From Eledone cirrhosa (taxonomy: Eukaryota), in the NCBI GenBank assembly GCA_964016885.1, contig OZ024757.1:4712001-4776000 (forward strand): a stretch of 64,000 nucleotides of DNA, read 5' to 3'. How positions within the stretch are numbered: position 1 is the first letter of the stretch; every line of letters begins with the position of its first letter. The position numbers were made by a program, and so were the translations under genes. Positions 45,085-55,845 of this stretch are shown piece after piece. The notes under the pieces were generated by a model that worked only from the letters and a program-made list of their open reading frames with translations, had not been told where the DNA came from and did no database searches.

Positions 45085-45191
45085 ATAATTGCCTTATGTT
45101 GTTTATTACATAATAATAATAATTAAGCTCTGTTGCCTACATAGAGCACTCTTTTTTCCTGGACTTTTCCGATGGAATTACTTCATTTATA

Positions 45192-45228
<37 letters not shown>

Positions 45229-45253
45229 GTATGTATATATATATATGAGGGTG

Positions 45254-45793
45254 TTAAAGTTTGCTTGAAGCATTGTGAAATGTGTAAAATACGTAGTTTA
45301 GAAAGCCACAACAATGCAGATGGGAAATCTCGAGGTAGGAAGTGAATGATAGATAGGAGAAATAGGAGAAATTGAAAATTGAGAGAGACAAAGATGAAAA
45401 CAAAACAAAGGTAGAAGGGTTATCGTAGTGGAGATTTAAGCCCAATATTTCGGGCTCACGCCCATCAACGGGGGAAAAGTTCCATAAAGGGGGGGAACAG
45501 GCTAAGCCGGAGAAAGTTGTGATGTCGTTAAAACAGGAATTTGTTTTAACGACATCACAACTTTCTCCGGCTTAGCCTGTTCCCCCCCCTTTATGGAACT
45601 TTTCCCCCGTTGATGGGCGTGAGCCCGAAATATTGGGATTAAATCTCCACTACGGTAACCCTTCTACCTTTGTTTTGTTTTCATCTTTGTCTCTTTCAAT
45701 TTTCACTTTCTCCTATTTCTCCTATCTATCATTCACTTCCTACCTCGAGATTTCCCATCTGCATTGTTGTGGCTTTCTAAACTACGTATTTTA
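45254..45793. repeat. Near-perfect ~500-bp palindrome centred at about 45537
   Basis: gttgtgatgtcgttaaaaca-ggaatt-tgttttaacgacatcacaac; the arms encode near-identical spurious ORFs on opposite strands. Confidence 0.92.
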
Positions 45794-45898
45794 TATATAT
45801 ATATATATATGTATGTATATATATATATATATGTATGTATATATATATATTTATGTATATAGAAAGATTTGAATGGATACAGTTTAGTTGAAAGGAAT

Positions 45899-46015
45899 TT
45901 ATTGACACGTGTTTCTATAACAGTTACATAACCTAAAACAGCTATCTACAAACTTTTAGTTATGCAGACATTCAATATTTCAATGTTATTATTTACTGTC
46001 ATTTCATCAGAATAA
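45899..46015 (-). ncRNA. Hammerhead motif with enlarged stem II
   Basis: Reverse complement of the 40460-40579 type. Confidence 0.72.
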
Positions 46016-46611
46016 TATTACTGAGGACCTATTTAGTTTTTATAGAGAATATTAGGAGGGAGGGGTGAAGTTGTTAGAAGAATAGTTGAAGGAGTGGTTT
46101 TTCGATAGCAGTGAGAATTCTTGGTGGCAGTGAGTAATTAGATTCCCATCTGTTGTTTTGACATTTTTTATAGAATATATTATTGGTTATTTTTCTAAAT
46201 CTATAGAAGGATTAGAGATAGTAAAGATATGCGTGGTTGGTTTTGTGTTTGCACTTAATTAACATTCAGACTTAAATTTTTCTTTCAAGTGTACGTATCC
46301 TTTCACCCACGCATTCACACACAAATATATTTGCACACCTCTACAAAATACATATACTCACAATTCACATATTCATACTTACATATATATACACATGCAT
46401 ACACATATATATACACACATGTATTCATATACATACATACGCGCTCATGTGTATACATTTTCATACTCAACTTATCTTTATATACACACGTATAGACACA
46501 CTCATATATACATACATACTCTAGTCCATGTGTACACACATACACATACTTACACATCCATATACACACATATACATACATATATATATACACATATATA
46601 TATATACATAT

Positions 46612-46690
<79 letters not shown>

Positions 46691-48628
46691 CATACATACA
46701 TACATACACATACACATACACACACATACATACATATATATATATAAGCACTTTAATACATGAATACACTTACATCTAACTATACACATCAAACATATAT
46801 ATATATTTACTTATTTATATACATTTTCACATATATATACATACTTATGGACGTTTTTAGACACATTCATTATCGCATATTTGTACCTATTCTCATCAGC
46901 ATATCTTTTCATTATTAGTATGGTAATTTAAGGTTATTAATATATGTTGAGAAGAGATTGTTTTTATATTTTTCTAACTAGATTAAGGTTTATATAGTTG
47001 GGGGATGTCCCTCTTTTATGTAATATTCGGCTTGTAGTGGGAAAAAAGGGTTTTAGTTCTGTGACGGCAGAATAATGTTCGTTCAATTCTGTTATTCAGC
47101 AGTTTCTTCTTGTGTGTGATTATGTAATAAATCTCAAGATTACACAATTTGCAGAAATTTTGGCTCCTGGAAAAGCTTTGGGTTTTAGCTAATTTTTCCC
47201 ATTTTAGGGTAAACTTTTGGTCGCTATCCCTGAGCGTCCAAGCTTTTTCTGCTAAAGTTGTTACATTTCTTTGGCTCTGGTGTTTTATTGAGTAAGAATG
47301 CCTATACAATCGAGATTTAAACGATGTTGCCGTTGATCCCACGTAATACCACTCGTTGCCTCCGGATTTAATGGTACACTTATAAATAATATTTTTTTCC
47401 AGGCAGTTATTGCCGAGGGGGCAGTTGTCAGGATAGGTGCAGTTACAGTTGTGTACGTTGGGTTTTCTCTGGAGTAGTATTGCGGACGAACTTAGGTGTG
47501 GTTTATTTATGTTCTGTAGTGTATTGTCTACTGTTTTTTTTGTGTTCTTTGTACTTAAGTTCTTAGTGTTTTCGTTTAACCTTCTAGTATTGATCTTTTT
47601 TATGTGTTGTTCAAGGTTTAACGCTGTAGAGTATGACAGTCTTATAGTGGTAGGGTTTAGGATTTTGTGGTATTTGTGTGATGTGGGAAAATGTCTTTTA
47701 ATTATTTTAAAGAAGAGTACTGGTAAATTTGTACTAATGGAGCTATTGTATTCGGGGTTATACCATAAGTACTCTTTGCATCGCTTTCTATTAGTTTTGT
47801 TTGTTGGTTTACTGGTGTGCATACTATGGTAGTAAGTGTGGTTTGGTGTTGTGTTATTATATCTACCTATGTGGGATTTATTTTGGGTGTTTTGATTGTT
47901 CCCATCTATGTACTCTATTTTGTTGAGGTAGCCTGCTTTACTAAGGGCGTTATCGTAGTACTCGGCGTGTTCCTTAAATACTTGTATGTTAGAAGATAGA
48001 CTCGAGATTCTAAGGGAAATATTTTTAGGGATAGATTTAATTATAGAGATGGGGTGGTTAGACCCAACATTTACGTATTTGAGATTTTCATTCAATTTAT
48101 GAAACGGTTTAATCAAACCAGAGTTTAAATTGAGTGTGACATCCAGGAAGTTAACTACTTTAAGGTTGTATTCATATGTTATAGTTAGTCCTATTTCGAG
48201 TAGTAGTTTTCTTATATCTTTGCGTAGTTTTTCTAGTTTTTGGTTATTAAGGTTTTTAGCTAGGAGGAGAACATCGTCGCGGTATATTCCGAATATTACA
48301 TAAAAGAGGGACATCCCCCAACTATATAAACCTTAATCTAGTTAGAAAAATATAAAAACAATCTCTTCTCAACATATATTAATAACCTTAAATTACCATA
48401 CTAATAATGAAAAGATATGCTGATGAGAATAGGTACAAATATGCGATAATGAATGTGTCTAAAAACGTCCATAAGTATGTATATATATGTGAAAATGTAT
48501 ATAAATAAGTAAATATATATATATGTTTGATGTGTATAGTTAGATGTAAGTGTATTCATGTATTAAAGTGCTTATATATATATATGTATGTATGTGTGTG
48601 TATGTGTATGTGTATGTATGTATGTATG

Positions 48629-48707
<79 letters not shown>

Positions 48708-49303
48708 ATATGTATATATATATATGTGTATATATATATGTATGTATATGTGTGTATATGGATGTGTAAGTATGTGTATGTGTGTACACATGGACTAGAG
48801 TATGTATGTATATATGAGTGTGTCTATACGTGTGTATATAAAGATAAGTTGAGTATGAAAATGTATACACATGAGCGCGTATGTATGTATATGAATACAT
48901 GTGTGTATATATATGTGTATGCATGTGTATATATATGTAAGTATGAATATGTGAATTGTGAGTATATGTATTTTGTAGAGGTGTGCAAATATATTTGTGT
49001 GTGAATGCGTGGGTGAAAGGATACGTACACTTGAAAGAAAAATTTAAGTCTGAATGTTAATTAAGTGCAAACACAAAACCAACCACGCATATCTTTACTA
49101 TCTCTAATCCTTCTATAGATTTAGAAAAATAACCAATAATATATTCTATAAAAAATGTCAAAACAACAGATGGGAATCTAATTACTCACTGCCACCAAGA
49201 ATTCTCACTGCTATCGAAAAACCACTCCTTCAACTATTCTTCTAACAACTTCACCCCTCCCTCCTAATATTCTCTATAAAAACTAAATAGGTCCTCAGTA
49301 ATA

Positions 49304-49420
49304 TTATTCTGATGAAATGACAGTAAATAATAACATTGAAATATTGAATGTCTGCATAACTAAAAGTTTGTAGATAGCTGTTTTAGGTTATGTAACTCTT
49401 ATAGAAACACGTGTCAATAA
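49304..49420 (+). ncRNA. Hammerhead motif with enlarged stem II
   Basis: Same as 40460-40579, with one stem II mismatch (actctt). Confidence 0.7.
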
Positions 49421-49772
49421 ATTCCTTTCAACTAAACTGTATCCATATATATATATATATGTATATATATATATGTATATATATATGTATATGTATATGT
49501 ATATGTATATATATATATGTATATATATATGTATGTATGTATATGTATGTATATGTATGTATGTATATATATATATGTATGTATATGTATATATATATAT
49601 ACATACATACATATATATATATACATACATACATACATATATATATACATACATACATACATACATACATATATGATGATGATGGCTGCCCCCTCGTTAT
49701 CGAGTATGGCCATTGCACGAGAAAAAAAAAATTAATAAATAAAAAATAATATAAAAATAAAAAATAAAATAA

Positions 49773-50075
49773 GAGGGTGTTAAAGTTTGCTTGAAGCATT
49801 GTGAAATGTGTAAAAATACGTATTTAAGAAAGCCACAACAATGCAAAGGGAAATCTCGAGGTAGGAAGTGAAATATAGATAGGAAAAACAGGTGAAAGTG
49901 AAAGTTGAGAGAGACAAAGATGAAAACAAAACAAAGGTAGAAGGGTTACCGTAGTAGAGATTTTAATCCCAATATTTCGGGCTCACGCCCATCAACGGGG
50001 GAAAAGTTCCAAAAGGGGGGAAAACAGGCCAAGCGGAGAAAGTGGTGATGTCGTTAAGACAGGAATGCCGTTAAA
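49773..50075 (-). mobile_element. Copy of the 45254-45535 repeat (probable PLE end) inserted in the RTE 3' UTR
   Basis: Colinear with 45247-45540. Confidence 0.8.
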
Positions 50076-50078
50076 AAT

Positions 50079-50108
<30 letters not shown>

Positions 50109-50109
<1 letters not shown>

Positions 50110-50452
50110 CATCATCATTTCATCATTTCATTTTACGTCCGCTTTTTCCCTGCTTGCAAGGGTGGGACGGGAAGATTCTGGCTTAATTTCTACAGCTGGA
50201 TGCCCTTCCTAACACCAAACTCATTTACAGTGAGTGCTGGGTGCTTTTTTGCCGTGACACCTCCACGACCACTTTGCAGTGGAATGATATGGACCCCAGT
50301 CTCCATCATCTCATTTCTACAGCTGAGTAAACTGGAGCAATGTGAAATAAAGTGTCTTGCTCAAGGAAACAACACATCGCCCGGTCTAAGAATTGAACTC
50401 ACAACCTTTCGATTGCAAGGTCAATGCTCTAACCACTAAGCCATGTGCCTCC
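50109..50452 (-). mobile_element. tRNA-derived SINE with PHD-RTE-derived 3' tail
   Basis: A box tggcttagtgg and B box gagttcaattc. The tail ggtcgtggaggtg..aaaaagcacccagcactcactgtaaatgag..ttaggaagggcatccagctgtagaaa matches 11590-11740. Confidence 0.85.
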
Positions 50453-50517
50453 ATATATATATACATACACACATACATACACATATACACACACACACAC
50501 ACACATACATTAATAAC

Positions 50518-50555
<38 letters not shown>

Positions 50556-53500
50556 CAATAATAATAACGACAACAACAATAATAATATACATATACATAT
50601 ATATATACACATACACGCACACACATAAGCATATCTATACACACAACACACACGATAGCAACTAACAGCGTTGCGATCGAATGTGGCTTTTTAGCCCAGC
50701 CAATGATCTAAAATGTCTTGCACAGAGTCGGCAACCAAAACATTCACTGGGAATAGTCGGCTGTGGTTGGAGTTTGTGTACTTTTGCATGTCGCTTGAGC
50801 CCTCCTGCTGATTTACACTCTCTACCACATGTTTGGCAAGCATGATGAGTAGCATCTCCAACAGCAGCCTGGTAGTCAACCAGTGGTCTTACTTTATGAC
50901 TGCGAAGATGACTTTCGAGTCCAGCTTTGCTTAGGCAGAGTCTTGCACAGACGCTGCATGTCAGCACCATAGGAGGACCCTCGCCGTCTGGAAGTGCAAC
51001 AGCAATGCCCTTCCTCACATCCCGATTTAGTTTCTCGTATGCAATTCGAGATGCCTCAAAGGCAACTTTTCCCTCATATACAGTCTTTCTCCATTTATTA
51101 CGATCAGCAGCAATATTTTCCCATGTATCAGCAGAGATGTTAGCGTCTTTCAGAGAGGCTTTCAAGGAATCCTTATACCTCTTTTTTGGTTTATGTGGCG
51201 GTCGTTTTCCTTTAACTAACTCTCCATAAAAGAGTTGTTTTGGTATTCTAGAATCCTTCATCCTGGCAAGGTGACCACTCCAATGGAGTCGTTACTTAAG
51301 CACAAGAGCTTCTATACTGTCACACATAGAGCTTTCCAAAATCTCGACATCTCTGATGTGGTCCCTCCAGTGAACGCCATGGATCCGTCTGAGACACATC
51401 TGATGGAAACGCTCCAATTGCTTAAGGTGGTGTCGATATGTGACCCAGGTCTCGCAGGCATAAAGAAGACAAGCGAGCACGCATGCCCTGTACACCTTTA
51501 CCTTTGTCCTCCTGCATATGTCTCGCCGACCCCAGAGTCGCCTTTCTAGCTTTCCGAAAGCATCACTTGCTTTCCTAATCCTAAGTGAGATTCCATTGTC
51601 AAGGTTGCTGTATCGATCGACAGTGCTTCCCAGGTAGACAAACTAATCAACCACTCCAAGTCGTTTGCCATACACATAGATATTTGGTTCAATGTATAGC
51701 TTACCAGGGGCAGGTTGGTACATGACGACGGTTTTCTTGAGACTGACAGTCAATCCTAGGGCAGTGCAAGCGTCAGAATATGCATTCAAAATGTGCTGCA
51801 TATCATTCTCTGTGTGCGCTACAAGATCGCAATCATCTGCATACAAGAGGTCTCTTATGATTGATGTAAATACTTTTGTCTTCGCAGCAAAGCGCCTGAT
51901 GTTAAATATGCTGCCTGAGGTTCAATATCGGATGTAAACACCATGCTCGCAATTCCTGAATGCAATACAGAAAACCATTGCAAAGTATATGGCAAACAGG
52001 GTCGGCGCTGGAATATCCCCCTGTGTCACTCCATTTTTTTACTGAGATAGGCTCCAACATGTTACCTGTGAGATTAACCCAAGCCTTCATGTCGTCATGG
52101 AAAGACCAAACTAAAGCAAGGAACTTATCAGAGCAACCAAGTTTCTGGAGAACCTTCCATAATGCATCTCTGTTAACAGTATCAAAAGCTTTTGTCAGAT
52201 CGACAAAAACCTGATACAGATCCAAACCTTGTTCCATGCACTTCTCCTGGAGCTGTCTAGCTGAGAAGATCATATCAGTAGTGCCACGTCCAGCACGAAA
52301 ACCAGATTGACTTTCAGGAAGAACACAATCTGCAATGTGTGTTAGCAGACGGTCCAGAAGCACCCTACATAAAACTTTCCCTACGACAGAAAGCAATGAT
52401 ATACCTCTGTAGTTCCCACAATTATTCCTGTTACCCTTTCCCTTGTACAAGACCACTATTACTGCATCTCTCCAGTCCTCAGGTACGGATTCATTAGCCC
52501 ATATCCTGCCAAACAAAGAGTGAAAATGTTGCAGGAGTCTCACACCACCATATTGTAGGAGCTCAGCATGTATGCCATCCATACCTGGAGATCTTCCACT
52601 GTTCAACATCGAGATAGCCACTGCAACCTCCACAAGCGTCGGAGGTTCTGCGAGAGCTACTTTCACAGGACTTTCTGGAATGAGATTGAGGAAATCTTCA
52701 CTGACGACAGACGGCTGATTCAAAAGATCATCAAAGTGCTCTCGCCACCTTCATAGAATTCTTTGTGAGTCACAAAGAAGTTCTTTGCCATCCTTGCTGC
52801 GAAGCGGTGTCACCAGAGAAGAAGACGGTCCATAAACCTCATGCAAGAGACTGTACAACAGCTTTGTGTTATTGGAATCTGACGCAGTTTGTATCTCACC
52901 AGCCTTCTCACTCCACCACTGATCCTTCATCTGAGAAAGACCCCGCCTAACACGTGATTTTACATCCCTGAGTTCCTCATGCAACGTATTTCCTCTCCTG
53001 TGGTTTTGCCGTCAAGTAGCGTGACAGAGCACGCCTCCTATCAGCCAACAAGTCTTCTAAATGTACATCATTCTCATTAAACCAGTCCTGATGTTTTCTC
53101 TGCACCAATCCTAGAAGACGCCTGCCTACATCATAAACCAACTTATTAAGGGTCGGCCAATCCTCACCAAGATCTGCAGCCTGCATCTCTTCTTCCAATG
53201 TCCTCTTCACATTTTTATCCTTAAGACGAGCAGCATTCAATCTTTTGGGCAGGGCAACACCAGGAGCCCGGATTTTACGTTTAGTGATTAGTTTCACTTT
53301 TGCGCGTACCAGGCGCTGGTCCGTCCAGCACTCAGCTCCACGAAGAGCACGAACACACTGCACATCCTGTCTGTCACGCATCCTGACTAGGACGTAGTCC
53401 AAAAGATGCCATTCCTTAGATGCAGGATGCATCCATGTGGTCTTGAATTTGTTCTTTTGTTGGAACATGGTGTTGGTAACACACAGATCCAGCTCCTCAC

Positions 53501-54217
53501 AGATCTGCAGCAGGAGCATACCATTGTTGTTACACTTTCCCACCCCATGCCTTCCGATTACATTCCATGTGTTAAAATCCCTACCCACTCTAGCATTAAA
53601 GTCACCAAGCACGATGACTTTGTCTGCCTGAGGGATATTTCTTAAAACACCTTTCAAGGCATGGTAAAAGGACACTTTTTCTTCATTGACAGAATTCATA
53701 GTTGGAGCATACACACTCACCAGGTTAGCATATCTTCCTTTGTCCAGCGGAACTCTCATGGACATAAGACGCTCACTAATCCCTACTGGGAATTCTTCTA
53801 ATTTATTCACAAGTACAGTCTTAACAGCAAATCCTACCCCAGCCTCTCTTCTGGTTCCTTCATCTCTTCTTTTCCAGAAGAATGTATATTCTCCACAAAA
53901 TTCTGTAAGATGACCATCCCCAGCTAACCTCGTCTCAGATAAAGCCACGATGTCAAGATCGTAATGTCGAAGCTCCTTTGCAACAAGAGCGGTCCTTCGT
54001 TCAGGACGCTCCAAGGAATCCCTGTCAAGCAGCGTCCGTACGTTCCAGCAGCCAAGACTAAATGCCTTGTTTGGCTCTATTACAATGGCACGATGATGAG
54101 CGGGCCCAGGCTGTGATAACCTGGGGCCCCTGCCCTTATTGCCAATTATCTTTTTTGTTCCAGAACCTAAATTGCCAATTATCTCTTTTATATTGTTCTG
54201 GAACATCATTGAATTGG

Positions 54218-54249
<32 letters not shown>

Positions 54250-54253
<4 letters not shown>

Positions 54254-54462
54254 TAATAATAGTAATAATAATAATAATAATTGTTTCTACTTTTGGCACA
54301 AGGCCAGCAATTAATCCAGTGCATTACTGTTACTTTATTTTATCGACCCCATAAGGATGACAGGCAAAGTTAACCTGGGCGGGATTTGAACTCAGAATGG
54401 CAAGGGCCGTAACTCTATTCATCAAAGCATGGCCCCCAACCCTCTTCCGATACTGCCCTACT
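54250..54462 (-). mobile_element. SINE with B box and Meta/Nin-like central domain, (ATT)n tail
   Basis: gagttcaaatcc followed by tttgcctgtcatccttatggggtcgataaaataaagta. Confidence 0.7.
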
Positions 54463-54507
54463 AATAATAATAATAATAATAGTACACTATTGATAATTAT
54501 TAATGCA

Positions 54508-54786
54508 CTCGTGCAATGCCTGTGCGTGACGAATATTTTTAAAGTGAGGAAAGACTGTGCACTGAGCCAATCCCACTCTCTGAGCGACAGTAGCTATAAC
54601 CCGAAAAGAAGAAAAGATCAACATCATCGGTAACTACTGAGCCGCAGGTTTTATGTCAGAGTTAACCCAGTTTCCTGAGATGCCTTCTCCTAGAAGAATG
54701 CCCTGACAAGGGCTAGGGGTTCTTCACTCCCAGTGGTTTAACTGCGCGATCGGGCATCCAGCCCGATTATTTCCATGTCCCCGCGC
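54508..54786 (-). mobile_element. RTE 5'-UTR-like segment (5' end of the adjacent RTE, or a family B SINE)
   Basis: Homologous to the family A middle (gcaatgcctgtgc, cccactctc, aaaagaagaa, ccttctcctagaa) and to 55468-55578. Confidence 0.7.
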
Positions 54787-55169
54787 AAAAAAAAACAAAA
54801 AAACTCACTTATTGATACTTATACGTACAACATACACACACGCGCATACATATGCGCGCACACACACACGCATACATACGCACATATACACATACATACA
54901 TATACACATACACACATACATATATATACATACATACATACATATATATACACATACATACATATATATACACATACATATATATACACATACATACATA
55001 TATATACACATACATACATACATATACACATACATACATACATATACACATACATACATACATACATATACACATACATACATACATATATATACACATA
55101 CATATATATACACATACATACATACATATACACATACATACATACATATACACATACATACATACACAT

Positions 55170-55223
55170 ATTACTCTTTTACCTGTTTCAGCCATCCGGC
55201 TGAGGCCATGCTGGGGCACCGCC
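55170..55223 (-). mobile_element. Short SINE/LINE 3' terminus (second copy at 63289-63338)
   Basis: tcttttacctgtttcagccatccggctgaggccatgctggggcacc is present twice. Confidence 0.7.
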
Positions 55224-55393
55224 ATATATATATATACATATATATACACATACTTACATACATATATATACACATACTTACATACATATATATACACATA
55301 CTTACATACACATATATACACACATATATATAGACATACTTACATATATATACACATACATACATACATATATATATATGTACACATACATAC

Positions 55394-55578
55394 ATGATGG
55401 CTGCTCCCTTGTTATCGAGTATGGCCATTGCACGATATCATTATTAATAATTATTAATCAATTCTATCGTGCAATGCCTGTGCGTGAAGATATTTTTTAA
55501 AGTGAGGAAAGACTGTGCACTGAGCCAATCCCACTCTCGGAGCGACAGTAGCTAAAACCCGAAAAGAAGAAAAGATCA
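55394..55578 (-). mobile_element. Family B bipartite element: RTE 5'-UTR segment joined to the RTE 3' tail
   Basis: 55394-55434 matches tail 4733-4773; 55468-55578 matches 54508-54619. Confidence 0.8.
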
Positions 55579-55845
55579 TTTATATATACACATACATACA
55601 TACACACACACACATACATATACACACACATACATATACACATACATACATATACACACATACATATACACACACATACATATACACACACATACATATA
55701 CACATACATACATACATATATACACACGCAGATCATACATACATATATACACACGCAGATATATATACCTATATACATATATATATACACATACATATAT
55801 ACACACGCAGATATATATATATATATATATAACTATATAGAGATT

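Larger units (their letters stand above)
43531..45120. mobile_element. Non-coding PLE-type unit with 136-bp inverted arms (43531-43666 and 44985-45120)
   Basis: The arms are reverse complements and each holds a hammerhead; the interior is (TG/TA)-rich. Confidence 0.75.
45860..49447 (-). mobile_element. Penelope-like element (Naiad-type) with ~1.15-kb inverted pseudo-LTRs (about 45872-47030 and 48289-49447)
   Basis: Uninterrupted ORF 48288-47016: IYRDD, NFLDVTL, YNPEY, CNCTYPDNC, IIYKC...YVGST and CKLCNLE. The arms are almost identical. Confidence 0.93.
49676..54130 (-). mobile_element. Near full-length RTE (BovB-like) LINE: APE plus RT plus three C2H2 fingers, with several stops and frameshifts
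   Basis: CWNVRTL, ALSETRL, VYAPT, GDFNARVG, LLDYVL, NYRGISLLS, FVDLTKAFD and YADD. The coding part is 50662-54130; the 3' UTR is split by later insertions. Confidence 0.94.

Noticed and set aside
50380-50452. tRNA gene
   Set aside because: The A/B boxes continue into a SINE body and LINE tail; no intact acceptor stem.
52031-52042. Programmed -1 ribosomal frameshift at A AAA AAA
   Set aside because: Restoring the frame needs +1, not -1.
54136-54299. N-terminal poly-I/poly-F extension of the RTE ORF
   Set aside because: Read-through from a SINE (ATT)n tail and a poly-T tract.
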